Shown here piece by piece: positions 48,570 through 59,474 of a DNA stretch of 64,000 nucleotides. Every line of letters starts with the position of its first letter. Within the stretch, counting starts at the first letter, position 1. Made by a program: the position numbers and the translations under genes. Location: the IMG/VR virus record IMGVR_UViG_3300037512_001142, positions 22,733-86,732 of that record. One strand, written 5' to 3'. This stretch comes from a virus. Taxonomy: Duplodnaviria; Caudoviricetes. The notes below the pieces were generated by a model. It was given only the letters and a program-made list of their open reading frames with translations. It made no database searches and was not told the origin of the DNA.

Positions 48570-49142
48570 TTATCCCTCTGCTCCTTCATCTTCAAACTTA
48601 AAATCTGGCATCTCGGATTCAACGAGTTCGGGCTTTTGTTTATTGTTTAAAATCATGTCTAATGCGTCACGCGAATTAGAACAGAATATATTATTAGTCT
48701 GCGTCATATTCGGCAACTTTCCGGCCTTAGAGGACATGCGATTATTCGCAATTCGTTCCTTCTGTTCCATGGAAGCCAACTTGATATTCTCATTAGACTC
48801 TGTGATTTGGTAATCCGTAACCTGTTTCTCAAGCTTGATAAGTTCGGAAAGGTTTTCGGTAATAGTCTTAGAAATATTGGCAAAGCTAGCAATAAGTCCA
48901 AGGTCGCATCCGAACTTAATCTGTCCGGCAAGCGTCTCAAGAACCATTCTATTCGTTGAAATAAGATCCTGAAGTTCGTTTTTAAGATATTCCTTATCTT
49001 CAAGATTATACTTCTGCTGAGCAATACCAGTCTTTACTTCGACAATAGCCTTTTTGGTTTTTTCCTCAGTTTTTTGAATTTCTTCTTTTATATCAAATTT
49101 TTCATCTAATCTATCGAATACATCGACGTTCATTTCACTCAT
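48570..49142 (-). CDS. gp16: probable small terminase subunit
   Basis: DKEYLKNELQDLISTNRMVLETL...FANISKTITENLSELIKLEKQ...TQTNNIFCSNSRDALDMI follows the T4 gp16 pattern (helical oligomerisation core plus the NNT.F.GS..EL...I tail). Confidence 0.6.
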   Translation of the reverse strand: MSEMNVDVFDRLDEKFDIKEEIQKTEEKTKKAIVEVKTGIAQQKYNLEDKEYLKNELQDLISTNRMVLETLAGQIKFGCDLGLIASFANISKTITENLSELIKLEKQVTDYQITESNENIKLASMEQKERIANNRMSSKAGKLPNMTQTNNIFCSNSRDALDMILNNKQKPELVESEMPDFKFEDEGAEG

Positions 49143-49672
49143 TTATTAACATTCCTTTGGCTAGCCCAGGAACCCACGTCTTCTTCGGATAATACTTCGA
49201 AAATATATCCGTTTTCTTGACACCATTTTCGTGCAGCCTGCCACTTGCAGTTATTAACTCTTATAACATTGCAACGTTCTTGCCATTGCATCAACGATTT
49301 TTGAGTTTTCTTTTTTGGCGGGTCCGGATAGATGACATTTCCGTGCTCGTCGAGTCGTGCTATCTGGCAATTAGGTTTTACCTCGATAGCATATTTTTTA
49401 ATTCCGTTGTGTATTGTATTTATTTCATAGTAAAAATCGATAAAATACCTATGAATCTTACCGTCCACCTCGGAATAATATTCAATCTTATGAATTTCAC
49501 TACCCCACTTCAAAACACGCTCACGAAGGTCACACCATTCCATGAGCTTGTATTCCCAGCTTGAACGATATTCAGGAGGTCTAGCAGAAATCTCCCCGTT
49601 AACGTTCAAACATTTACTAGGATTTTTAGGGTAGAAAATACCCTGCCGGTAGTTTTTACAAAAGATTGACAT
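49139..49672 (-). CDS. gp4: head completion nuclease
   Basis: QGIFYPKNPSKC, YRSSWEYKLMEWCD, WGSEIHKIEY...HRYFIDFY and KWQAARKWC match T4 gp4 (TnsA-like). Confidence 0.92.
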   Translation of the reverse strand: MSIFCKNYRQGIFYPKNPSKCLNVNGEISARPPEYRSSWEYKLMEWCDLRERVLKWGSEIHKIEYYSEVDGKIHRYFIDFYYEINTIHNGIKKYAIEVKPNCQIARLDEHGNVIYPDPPKKKTQKSLMQWQERCNVIRVNNCKWQAARKWCQENGYIFEVLSEEDVGSWASQRNVNK

Positions 49673-49699
49673 ATTCTATGTTTATATATAAGGCTAATT

Positions 49700-50509
49700 T
49701 TACCACCCCTGGAACGGGTCGTAATATTTTTTATTGTTGTCCATCGGTCTTTCGTCGTCATATTCGACTTGCGGATTAGGATATTCATAATGCATATCCG
49801 TATTATACGGGTCTTTTCCAGACCATGCCGAAGCTAAATTGTTGTCGTTAATCATCAATGGATCTTCGTAGTTAAACTGTGCATTAAGCGCCGAAGGCGC
49901 GACCCGGTAAATGGGGTCATTTCTATCAGACAATGTTGGCGAATCGGCCGAAATTGTCCATTTATTATCCTTATAAACCTTCAAAGTAAACGTATATGTA
50001 TGAGGTTTCAAACCGAAAGCCTCTTCATAGTATTTTACGTCTCGAATTTCATAAAAATAATCGTTTGCGGGGATATAAATTATATCACCGATAGAAGGCG
50101 GTTGCGGTTCATATACTTCAGGCGTGTTCTTATCTACTCCGCCGTATGTAGAGAAATAATTGAATGCGTCGATACTTGCAAACATCTTTACAGTATCATC
50201 ACCCCAAATACCTTCAAGCTGGTAAATTCTGACATTAGACGGAAGCGACTGTATATAACCATTAAAGTACCAACTACGTAGTATATAACGCAGCTGGTCT
50301 TCACCATAGAGCTTGTCACGCTTCAAATCTTCAGTGACTCGGTAGTAGACACACTTTAAACCATAAAGGTCATAGGCGTCGTTTATTGCGGAATCAACCG
50401 TGTCCTTTTCGTTATCACAGACGATATTACCGCCTTCACTCAAAGGGGCGGTAATACTCTTCATCGTATTACAAAGCCAAGAATATGCGGAAATATCAGT
50501 ATTTGCCAT
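49700..50509 (-). CDS. gp14: neck / head-closure protein, gp14-like paralog A
   Basis: DAYDLYGLKCVYY...DKLYGED, PSIGDIIYIP...YEIRDV and YTFTLKVY. Confidence 0.8.
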   Translation of the reverse strand: MANTDISAYSWLCNTMKSITAPLSEGGNIVCDNEKDTVDSAINDAYDLYGLKCVYYRVTEDLKRDKLYGEDQLRYILRSWYFNGYIQSLPSNVRIYQLEGIWGDDTVKMFASIDAFNYFSTYGGVDKNTPEVYEPQPPSIGDIIYIPANDYFYEIRDVKYYEEAFGLKPHTYTFTLKVYKDNKWTISADSPTLSDRNDPIYRVAPSALNAQFNYEDPLMINDNNLASAWSGKDPYNTDMHYEYPNPQVEYDDERPMDNNKKYYDPFQGW

Positions 50510-50516
50510 ACCTTAT

Positions 50517-51128
50517 TTATACGGTCAAAGAAAGGCCTGAAAATGTAATAGTCCCGTTGAACATTCCTTCAGGAACAGGAACACCAACATAATCAATAGT
50601 TACCGCACCAATAAATGTCCACACCTGTTCGAAAAATATATCAAGCGTAGCATACCATTCTTCAAGTGTTGCACGTCTCGTATTATCCATGTAATCCTGA
50701 AATGCCTTACCGAATTCATCAAATCGCGCAATAGGTTTCAAAAGACCAGAAACGATTGTCTTTGGAAAAGTAGAACCAATAGGCTTTATATCAATACTGA
50801 TAACGGATTTAAAAAACATTTTTTCAATGGCTTTTGTTAATCCAATGTAAAAGAAGTTTTTCTGCAATAAGATATTTAATTCACGACGATTTATCGGCTT
50901 AAATGCGAAAGAATTTACAGTTCCCAAAGGACCAACAACTGGAACTGTCGTACCTGCTGCATAAGTCGTAATAGCACCGGAAACCATGAAACACGGTTCT
51001 GTCATGTGCGATTGAAATACTTCACTAAAATAGGTATTACATGCCATCAAAATGGCAGTTTGTGATTGTTCTGCACTTGTGCTTCCAACCAAATACTGTT
51101 TTAGTATAGTTCCAAATCCTCTATGCAT
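50517..51128 (-). CDS. hypothetical virion-associated protein
   Basis: 203-aa ORF coupled to the upstream fibre-related genes. Confidence 0.55.
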   Translation of the reverse strand: MHRGFGTILKQYLVGSTSAEQSQTAILMACNTYFSEVFQSHMTEPCFMVSGAITTYAAGTTVPVVGPLGTVNSFAFKPINRRELNILLQKNFFYIGLTKAIEKMFFKSVISIDIKPIGSTFPKTIVSGLLKPIARFDEFGKAFQDYMDNTRRATLEEWYATLDIFFEQVWTFIGAVTIDYVGVPVPEGMFNGTITFSGLSLTV

Positions 51129-51931
51129 TATTTAACCGTTATAATTCCATTTCTTGACCATTCAATACGAATAGTTCCAACATTTCCAAAAGATGTATGA
51201 AGTTCCGTATATGTTACGGGAACAATATCATCAGCCTGGTCCATGTGATATGCAATAATAATTGCTGCTGTCTTAGACGTAAGATTCTTCACAGTATAAT
51301 CATTCGGAGCCGATGTCATTTCAGTCATGCTTCCAATCATTTTTGTTTCTTGCATTGTATGCAACAAATATTCTTCACGGTCATAATGTTCGTTAAAAGT
51401 ATAATTTGCGTCCCAATAAGCTGGGTCAAAATCCGGATGTTCCTTTTTAATTACATCGAGCGGATTACCACGTTCTGTCTTTAAACGAATTGGCGAATAA
51501 TTTGCTGTGACAAAGTTATAGTCGTCTTTTACATAAGAATTAAACTTATCCTGCATTTTATTAGAAAACAAACAAGCTGAAAGAGGAATATCGTAGATGC
51601 TTTCAAAACTCGTTGTTTCTTCTTCCATAGTGTCCATATCAAAAGTAAGGAAAGTAACAGTCTTCAAACATCCAATATCAGAAGTTACGTATTCCTTCAT
51701 TTTACTCCAGGTCCATTTTCTGGAATTAGTAATACCAGGAATTACACCGCATGTATAGATATGATACTTACCCGGTTCAAATTTATAAATCGATGGAATC
51801 TTAGTACTCGTAGTTGTCAACCTATCGAGATAATCTCTAAATACAATAGCCTTGGCAGGACTCATTTTAATATCCTTGCCATAGCTATCGATTACTCGGC
51901 TCGCATCAAATGCTACTAATTCTGTACTCAT
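51128..51931 (-). CDS. putative tail/baseplate-attached protein related to the anchor domain of the upstream 1683-aa protein
   Basis: N-terminal IVFRDYLDRL and C-terminal AAIIIAY...GTIRIEWSRNGIITV resemble a small phage minor-tail domain. Confidence 0.45.
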   Translation of the reverse strand: MSTELVAFDASRVIDSYGKDIKMSPAKAIVFRDYLDRLTTTSTKIPSIYKFEPGKYHIYTCGVIPGITNSRKWTWSKMKEYVTSDIGCLKTVTFLTFDMDTMEEETTSFESIYDIPLSACLFSNKMQDKFNSYVKDDYNFVTANYSPIRLKTERGNPLDVIKKEHPDFDPAYWDANYTFNEHYDREEYLLHTMQETKMIGSMTEMTSAPNDYTVKNLTSKTAAIIIAYHMDQADDIVPVTYTELHTSFGNVGTIRIEWSRNGIITVK

Positions 51932-54900
51932 TATTCAATCTCCAAAATTAAACCGCCACTTGCTCCAGAAACATTACACGGCATTGACCAGGACTGTGTA
52001 CCGTCACATTCACCCATGCCAATATTTATATACATGACATTATGTCCACGAGTATCAGTTACATACAAACCGTCCAAATCATCACAAATAATACCACTTG
52101 CAGCCGTGATGTAAGAATCAACTCTGAGGTTTTCAAGAAGACACTTTTCAGAGAACATTGCACCAAGGTGTAACGTACTACCGTCATAACGAACTTCGTC
52201 ATTCATGCCATTATAATACTTACTTTCCGTTCCACGGTAGTTCGGAGTATTCAACGGATCCATAAACCAGAAACCATATTTGTCATTTCTTTCATCAATT
52301 TCAACTCTATGCTTGAACCATGTAAATGTACCATCTACAACTTTCTTAGAGAAATTGTATTTGAACTTGTCTGTTCCACCATAAGTATCAGCCTTATCAG
52401 CCTTAATACTATTACCCTTGACACCAATGTAAATTATATTAGTCGGGTCATTCTTTACATGATCGCTCATACGTGTAACCATAGTATCAGTTTTGAGATA
52501 CTTAAATGGTTCGGTTGAAAGTACCGGAGAATTCGAAATTGCTGGGTCACTCCACACAGGCGTATAGTGAGAATGGAACTCGCCAACACTATTCGGATTA
52601 TAACGATAACGGTCAATAATACAAAGTTCAGATTCCGGCAAGAATCCACTATACTGTGAATACCAAAGAACGTTATTACTTCCGAAATACATCATAGGTG
52701 CAAGCACCTTATTCTGAGTATAATGACCACCACGAACAAGCTGGTCATTCGAAGACTGCTTTGCAAATCCTAATCTTGATGTATTGCTAACTTCAGCATA
52801 CTTAGTCTGAGAACCGAAACGACCATAACCATTTCCGTCATAGACCATGTGACCATAAGTTTCATCATCTTCATAATGGCCATAAGTAGCATTGTTAATC
52901 TTGACTTGACCCATATCGAACAAGTGGTCAAGCAAATAACCAGTAGTCTTACCACGAGTTTCAGTTTCGCTATTATCAAGAGCGAATCCGTTAACAGAAA
53001 GACACTGTGCAGAAGTTTCATCACGGTTGATTACACCAGCAATACCCGGAAGGTCAACACAAAGGTTAACAGACCAGAAGTTCGGGTCATTTGTAGGTGC
53101 TGCAAAATTCTGGTCCATAGTGAACATACCGACACGCTTGTAAACTGCTGAAGCTTCAGTATCGCCATAGTTAGGAATATTAGAAAGAGGCGATTCAAGA
53201 ATCGACGGAATAGCAATATAAGTCGGTTTGATTTCAGCAATGAACGGCAATGCGATACCAAACGCATAAGAAGGTTCAATCTTACCCGTATCTTCTGTAA
53301 ACTGTATATCCTTATTGGACAGATACATTGGTCCATAATAACGGAATGGGAATATATCGTTATTATCATTATCAGATTCATGATAAATACAGTTAATATT
53401 CGTAAAATGAATATACGGATATTTAGCACCTTCAACAAAATTCGTGGTATTATACTTATCGCTGATATTACAGGAGTTATATTCACAAACTGCTGCAAAT
53501 GGCGCGAATCTATTATCGAAAGAAAAGTCATGCAAATCCGGTAAAGCAAACGGCTGGTATGCATACATCAAGCTACGATTATACAAACCGACACGCATAC
53601 CTGCGGAAATCGGGAAACCTGCGGCGTCAACATTGTAGCCATAAGTATTACCGCTATAATCCATGGATTTTACATGAACAATACCTGTACCTGAAACATC
53701 GAAAAAGCCATTTTTATTACCGATAGCACTGAGGTTAGCTGGATTAAAGAAACATCCAGTATTTCCCGAGTATTGAATATCAAATGCGGTAATATTAACT
53801 ACCTGACCAAGGTCTTCGATTCGACCCGCATCATAAGCACGTTGGTTGACATAGTAATCAAATTTGGTCTTATGAGTATTGTACAAATATGCGGAAATAT
53901 TACTCATTGTCTGTTCAGTACCAAGTACAAGAGAACCGAACATTGCACCAATATTCTTGATAGATTTCAACTCAATATTATAGTTCTTACAACCGTTGAA
54001 CGTATAGTGTTCAAGCATGTAAGAAACAACTGGCTTCAAACCATCTGGTTTTTCATAGTTTGCAATAAAGCATTCATTAGCTGCCTTATTACTGAAATAA
54101 TTACCACCAATCTTTTCCGAATTCAAAATATGCGGAATCTTCATGGTATACACTTCATATTTCGGTTGGAGACCACCAACTTCACGCATAAACGTCAATT
54201 CAATGTCCATGGCACCAATGATATTGAATGTATTATAACTGTAATTATTATTTCCATAAATTCCCATCATGTTCAAATAATTACGTTCTTTATTGGAAGG
54301 AATATTTATTTCATTCTTGTATTCAAGTATGAAACCACCAATACTACAAGAAACAAGTTTAGTATCAGAAATAAGATAACCAGAAGTATCTACATACTTA
54401 TATGCGTTAACATCGCCGCTCAAAGATACACATGAACCAATATTCATGCCGCCACCGTTATAGGTACGTTGTGGATTCATGTTATATACGGCAAACTGAC
54501 TACCACCGGCATAATTGATACCGGAAACGAAACCGATATTATTAAGTTCGCAAATCTTGAGTGTCTTACCGACGTCACCATTCGGATAGTCTCTACTAGC
54601 TTCAAGTACATATTTAAAATCGTTTTCCAGCGATTCTTCATGGCCATAATTACCGTACAAATAAACAATACCTGTACAGTTCGGATCTACCAAACCGATA
54701 GGCTGATTTATCGTTTCAAAGTTAATCAATGCAAGTTCATCAGCATAACTAAATTTAAGTCCGGAATATGACGAAGTAGTATTAACAGCTGTGACTTCAC
54801 CCGAGAAGCTAGACGAATTCAATAATTCGTTAAGCATCAATTCACCAGGCATAAACTTGGTGTTTTCGTTAATATCAGGAATGTAGTATGCAGAATACGA

Positions 54901-56982
54901 AGAATACGATTTGTCAGTAAGCGGATTATTTGCCGGAGCACCAATCATTCCATAACGATACATCACGTGTTTATATGCGGATTGCGACATAGTAAACACG
55001 TGTGTCATCGAACCGTCAACGATTTCCTTACAACCATTCAAATTAAGTCTTATAACAGAAGTATCACCCCAGTCCCAAGTACCATCGCCCAACGTACCGC
55101 CAAATTTATTATAATACTTATAATACTTTTGAGGCGCCATTGCGGTTGTATTAAAGAAATCCAGGTTAAGTACACTGTAACCGCCGCCGTGGTTTTCCCA
55201 GAAACAGTTTCCAGCAATATTATCAGATACGAGAGTAAATGTACCTGTATCATTGCCGAAGGAAGTAATCATATCACCATCGTCAGAAATATATCTCTGA
55301 CGTTTCTCACTAATATCTGCTGCAGTAAGGTTAACACAAACGTTATTAATTGTTTTATAATCTGCGGCCTGCTTACCTGCAATACCGCCCAAGAAACCTA
55401 CATAAGTTCCAGAAGTATAAGCAGAAGCATTCATTGCAATATTGGCAACGTTACCTTCATTACAACCAATCAGCAAACCGGTATTATAAGATACACGGTT
55501 GAACTGGTGCATTTTCACTGCTCTATCCAAATACTGTGTAGCAGAAATTTCATAATTGAAAATTCTCGTACCCGCAGCAGGATCACCACTCGGTGTAGAC
55601 GATACCTTAAACATAGAAAGTTCAGAGCACCAGTCACCTTGTTTATCGGCAAGGAGTGCATTGGTATCAAACATCGCATTGATGTTATAAAATAATGTAT
55701 GACCAGTTACTTCATACAAGTCCTTATTATTTGCAGCGGATGGATAAGCCCATTCAGCACAAGAGCTATTATCGTACGGATAGAAATAATTTACAGTCGC
55801 AGCGTCGCCTACTACTGAAATATCGCCGGCATACATACCGTTTGATTTCCAATAGCCTCTATTAATTCCGCTCATTGCTAAAGAACCGAAAACGCCTTCA
55901 CCGAAATAACCGATATATGGCACAATATTTGACATAGAGTTTATGCACAAATAATCCGGATAATATCTATTAGCGTCAGGATTATCAAATGCATTACCGT
56001 CGTCATCTGTCTTATTACGAACTGGATATGCACCAGGAATAAAGTCAGTAATTGTAACGCTACCCTGGAAAAGAACGTCACTGATTAAACCGTTATTCTT
56101 ACCACAAAGAAAACCGGCATTTACGTCACATGCATCATCGGTCATGTGGTCAATGCTTATCTTCTTATTGCACTTCAAGAGGTTATGACCTTTAATTCTT
56201 ATAGTGCTGATAATACCAGAAGTACCAAGATAACCAATAATACCGCTGCTATTGGCATTACATTCGAGAGCAATATTTTCAATAATATAGCCGTTACCGT
56301 AGAAAATACCTTCATACGGTCTATCTACGTACATACCGATACTGAAATCGATATGCTTATAACTATTTTCTTCAGCTTTTCCATAACCAAGGTTGTCACC
56401 GAGAACGATATTGATAAAGTTATTATAAACTGGGGATTTTGAACCGCCGATAATACCATTAACCTTATCTGCACACCATTTCAATTCTTCTGCAGTTTCT
56501 ACATAATAGAAACCTCTAGCCTTCATAATTGGAAGGGTAGTTTCCGGATCCACTTCACCGGTATCGTATAATCTTCTGAAAGAACTATTTTCGTCAAAGA
56601 AAATAGCATAAAGATGTGGCTGGTTTGGATATTTTTCATTGAATTCGTCCCAGTTATCCATGTCAACATAAGTCGGACGTTCGGCTTGGACCGTAGACGT
56701 ACTGACCTTATAAGTATACTTGACAGCCTGAGCATGAGAAGTATACTTATTAAGTGCCATACCTTTTCTTGCGATAGTTGGATCATTCACAAATACATAT
56801 CTTTCCACATCTGCAAGTGTACCAAGCTTCGGAAGAATATCTTTCAAATCTTCGCCAAAACTTTTATTAACAAGATGAAATGTCCAAACATCTTTGTCAT
56901 CCAATCCACCTTTTAAAAGATAATTCTTGTATGTATTAAAAATAAATGAATCCATATTACCACTTCTTTGCAGCGTCGACAT
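51931..56982 (-). CDS. giant tail-associated adhesin/fibre with GLUG-like repeats
   Basis: VETAEELKWCADKVNG...YEGIFYGNGYIIENI...GIIGYLG...NAGFLCGKNNGLISDV and later GLLIGCNEGNV, GGIAGKQ, GAMFGSL are GLUG-type motifs. The N-terminus FIFNTYKNYLLKGGLD resembles a minor-tail anchor. Confidence 0.65.
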   Translation of the reverse strand: MSTLQRSGNMDSFIFNTYKNYLLKGGLDDKDVWTFHLVNKSFGEDLKDILPKLGTLADVERYVFVNDPTIARKGMALNKYTSHAQAVKYTYKVSTSTVQAERPTYVDMDNWDEFNEKYPNQPHLYAIFFDENSSFRRLYDTGEVDPETTLPIMKARGFYYVETAEELKWCADKVNGIIGGSKSPVYNNFINIVLGDNLGYGKAEENSYKHIDFSIGMYVDRPYEGIFYGNGYIIENIALECNANSSGIIGYLGTSGIISTIRIKGHNLLKCNKKISIDHMTDDACDVNAGFLCGKNNGLISDVLFQGSVTITDFIPGAYPVRNKTDDDGNAFDNPDANRYYPDYLCINSMSNIVPYIGYFGEGVFGSLAMSGINRGYWKSNGMYAGDISVVGDAATVNYFYPYDNSSCAEWAYPSAANNKDLYEVTGHTLFYNINAMFDTNALLADKQGDWCSELSMFKVSSTPSGDPAAGTRIFNYEISATQYLDRAVKMHQFNRVSYNTGLLIGCNEGNVANIAMNASAYTSGTYVGFLGGIAGKQAADYKTINNVCVNLTAADISEKRQRYISDDGDMITSFGNDTGTFTLVSDNIAGNCFWENHGGGYSVLNLDFFNTTAMAPQKYYKYYNKFGGTLGDGTWDWGDTSVIRLNLNGCKEIVDGSMTHVFTMSQSAYKHVMYRYGMIGAPANNPLTDKSYSSYSAYYIPDINENTKFMPGELMLNELLNSSSFSGEVTAVNTTSSYSGLKFSYADELALINFETINQPIGLVDPNCTGIVYLYGNYGHEESLENDFKYVLEASRDYPNGDVGKTLKICELNNIGFVSGINYAGGSQFAVYNMNPQRTYNGGGMNIGSCVSLSGDVNAYKYVDTSGYLISDTKLVSCSIGGFILEYKNEINIPSNKERNYLNMMGIYGNNNYSYNTFNIIGAMDIELTFMREVGGLQPKYEVYTMKIPHILNSEKIGGNYFSNKAANECFIANYEKPDGLKPVVSYMLEHYTFNGCKNYNIELKSIKNIGAMFGSLVLGTEQTMSNISAYLYNTHKTKFDYYVNQRAYDAGRIEDLGQVVNITAFDIQYSGNTGCFFNPANLSAIGNKNGFFDVSGTGIVHVKSMDYSGNTYGYNVDAAGFPISAGMRVGLYNRSLMYAYQPFALPDLHDFSFDNRFAPFAAVCEYNSCNISDKYNTTNFVEGAKYPYIHFTNINCIYHESDNDNNDIFPFRYYGPMYLSNKDIQFTEDTGKIEPSYAFGIALPFIAEIKPTYIAIPSILESPLSNIPNYGDTEASAVYKRVGMFTMDQNFAAPTNDPNFWSVNLCVDLPGIAGVINRDETSAQCLSVNGFALDNSETETRGKTTGYLLDHLFDMGQVKINNATYGHYEDDETYGHMVYDGNGYGRFGSQTKYAEVSNTSRLGFAKQSSNDQLVRGGHYTQNKVLAPMMYFGSNNVLWYSQYSGFLPESELCIIDRYRYNPNSVGEFHSHYTPVWSDPAISNSPVLSTEPFKYLKTDTMVTRMSDHVKNDPTNIIYIGVKGNSIKADKADTYGGTDKFKYNFSKKVVDGTFTWFKHRVEIDERNDKYGFWFMDPLNTPNYRGTESKYYNGMNDEVRYDGSTLHLGAMFSEKCLLENLRVDSYITAASGIICDDLDGLYVTDTRGHNVMYINIGMGECDGTQSWSMPCNVSGASGGLILEIE

Positions 56983-59470
56983 TTTCTCCAGAAACAGAAG
57001 TAATCACGACTGGACGATTTGTCTCTACACTCATTTTGAATCTTTCAGTATTATTATTATTTATTTGTTCAAATGCATAGCCAAATTCCAATGCAGCATT
57101 CGAAACCAATCCGCTTTCATTACTATCCTGGTCTTTTTCCAATTTATATTCTTTCAACCAATGCTGGTCAATAGTCTTATCCAAGCCTTTACCGAAATAG
57201 CCTTGGCATACTTCGTTAATAAACTTATCGGCATACTGAACGCTATTATAAACGTTATCACCCGGACCACCAATCAAACGATTCTTACCGCCCCAATGCA
57301 ACTGGGAAGCAAGTAGAATATCGCCGGTCGGTAATCTGTAAACCGCAGGGTTTCCAATACTTAAACCTTCTCTGAGGTTAGAAGTTGCTGCATCGCTAAT
57401 AGTAGGCATTGTAGCAATGAATACCTTATAACCGCCCCAGAAAGTAGAATCGTAATTTTCAATATGCTTAGTACGGTCAAAACCATAATTAAGAGCGGTC
57501 AAGATACCATTCGCAACGGTGTTGCAATAATTCTGGTCCTGATAAGAACCATACATAACGATTCCGCCAGCAGGAAGAGTATAAGTACCGTTACTTTCCA
57601 TGAATGTATAAGTATTTACGTTCCACGGTGGCATTTCAATAGTATTAGCGTTCTTATGTTTTTGATAAACGTTAAATGCATACATTGCCAACATAGCGCC
57701 AGGACCACCAAGCATTGAGAAACCGACAACACCAAGTGCGGTAGCCGCAACGTTATTCGCAAATGAACCTGTTGCAACAATACCGTTCATAAGACCAGGC
57801 AAGAACATACTCAAAACATAGTCAATATCTCTAGGTTCGCTAAGCGCTGCCATATTAGCGGCAATCAAAGGTAAAATACGCAATTCGCCTACTTTCAATT
57901 CTCCAGTAGTCGTATCATTGTTTACGCTGAAAAGAACTGTCGGATATGTAGTGTAATGAATTCCGTCAACTGTTGCAGAAACGAAATCTTCCTGTACACT
58001 GTAATCGTAATTAAAATATGCGTCAGGGTCAGTAGCATTTGCTGGATGCAACATACTCATAACAGTAAGAAGCATTCTATAATTCTTTATCTTCCAAACA
58101 TCATAAGAGAATCTTTCAGTGCTGCCGCCATGTGGCATTGTCCAATAATCACGCATGCCCTTATAGAACATCATCTGAATATCGACATAGCTCATATATA
58201 CCGGCGCGGAAGTCTTACCGTTAATTGTAACAATATCAGGATGACCTTCTGGCAAATCCTGGTTAGACCAGTTATTCTCCAAGAGAGTAGCTTGACCAGT
58301 AATCGGATCTTTTTTGTAGAAATAAACAGCAAATACCTTTTCCATTGCAAAGGCATTCAAAAGAATATGGTTATAAACTTCGCCACGATAATCAAGCGGA
58401 GTCATGATATTTTCATTGCCATACTTATTGATAAAATCCTGAGTTATGGCCTTATTTGTAAGTCCGTCTTTATAAGTATTCTTCCAATGTGCTACACGGT
58501 CCAAGTCATTATATGACTGACACTGGCTTTCCTTTTTCCAAACTAGATGTCCATTTTCATCAGAAGTAAAGTTATGGAAAGTACAAGAGTATGAAGTTCC
58601 CTTATCGCAAGCATTGAATTTATGGCCTTGACACCATGGATGACCATGTTCAAGAATAAGTTTATAAGAATCAGTAGCTGCAAAATCGCTTCTGAACCTA
58701 ATATCGACAAGAAATGCTTCACCGTCAGCATTTATCGTCATTTTTCTATTGGCGTCTTCATATTCAGAAAAAGATTCAATATGACGAGGCGTAGACCAAC
58801 GAATAGTCTGGAAATTATTATCCGAGTTTACGGAAAATTTTTCAGTCTTCTTTAACACGAAGCCATGATTTACAGTCAACGGGCCATTACTGAAAGCCCA
58901 TTTACTTGGAGTATCTTTCATAGCTCCGCGATGCATTACAATAGCTTCACCGCGTTGTAATTTATTGAAAATAATCGTATTTTGTACAGGTGCGAATTTC
59001 TCGTTCCAGTCAGCATAAAAACTGTAAATTGCCGGAACCCATTTATTCAAACCATTCCATACATGAAGATAAAAGGAATTCAAATACGGGAAATTAACAC
59101 AGTCCGATTTATAAACGCACCAGTTATGCAAATCTTCACACCACCAGTAAAGATTCTTATAAAAAACATCAGTATCTTCGGCAAGCTCAGATTTCTGAAC
59201 CATACCATTTGTCACGTTTCTGTCATTATTGAACACACGTGTATCTTCTTTATAATAGTCATACGGTGCAATCCATCCTTTTTCAGAAGTTGCATCATTA
59301 GGGTCCGTAAGTCTATCATCCCTTGGTGTCTGAGGGTCTGCGGTCTTAGCTTTTGTTCTTAAAACCGAATCCTTATAAAAACCTGGAAATGTATCAGTTT
59401 TTCCAGGAAGCAGACGTTTAAATTGATGTTCATAGTATTCTATACTATTCATTACCTTTTCTTCAGCCAT
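56957..59470 (-). CDS. large hypothetical late protein with a hydrophobic Gly/Ala segment
   Basis: 837 aa; VAATALGVVGFSMLGGPGAMLAMYAF segment; TATAAATA 4 nt before the ATG. Confidence 0.6.
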   Translation of the reverse strand: MAEEKVMNSIEYYEHQFKRLLPGKTDTFPGFYKDSVLRTKAKTADPQTPRDDRLTDPNDATSEKGWIAPYDYYKEDTRVFNNDRNVTNGMVQKSELAEDTDVFYKNLYWWCEDLHNWCVYKSDCVNFPYLNSFYLHVWNGLNKWVPAIYSFYADWNEKFAPVQNTIIFNKLQRGEAIVMHRGAMKDTPSKWAFSNGPLTVNHGFVLKKTEKFSVNSDNNFQTIRWSTPRHIESFSEYEDANRKMTINADGEAFLVDIRFRSDFAATDSYKLILEHGHPWCQGHKFNACDKGTSYSCTFHNFTSDENGHLVWKKESQCQSYNDLDRVAHWKNTYKDGLTNKAITQDFINKYGNENIMTPLDYRGEVYNHILLNAFAMEKVFAVYFYKKDPITGQATLLENNWSNQDLPEGHPDIVTINGKTSAPVYMSYVDIQMMFYKGMRDYWTMPHGGSTERFSYDVWKIKNYRMLLTVMSMLHPANATDPDAYFNYDYSVQEDFVSATVDGIHYTTYPTVLFSVNNDTTTGELKVGELRILPLIAANMAALSEPRDIDYVLSMFLPGLMNGIVATGSFANNVAATALGVVGFSMLGGPGAMLAMYAFNVYQKHKNANTIEMPPWNVNTYTFMESNGTYTLPAGGIVMYGSYQDQNYCNTVANGILTALNYGFDRTKHIENYDSTFWGGYKVFIATMPTISDAATSNLREGLSIGNPAVYRLPTGDILLASQLHWGGKNRLIGGPGDNVYNSVQYADKFINEVCQGYFGKGLDKTIDQHWLKEYKLEKDQDSNESGLVSNAALEFGYAFEQINNNNTERFKMSVETNRPVVITSVSGENVDAAKKW

Positions 59471-59474
59471 GCTA

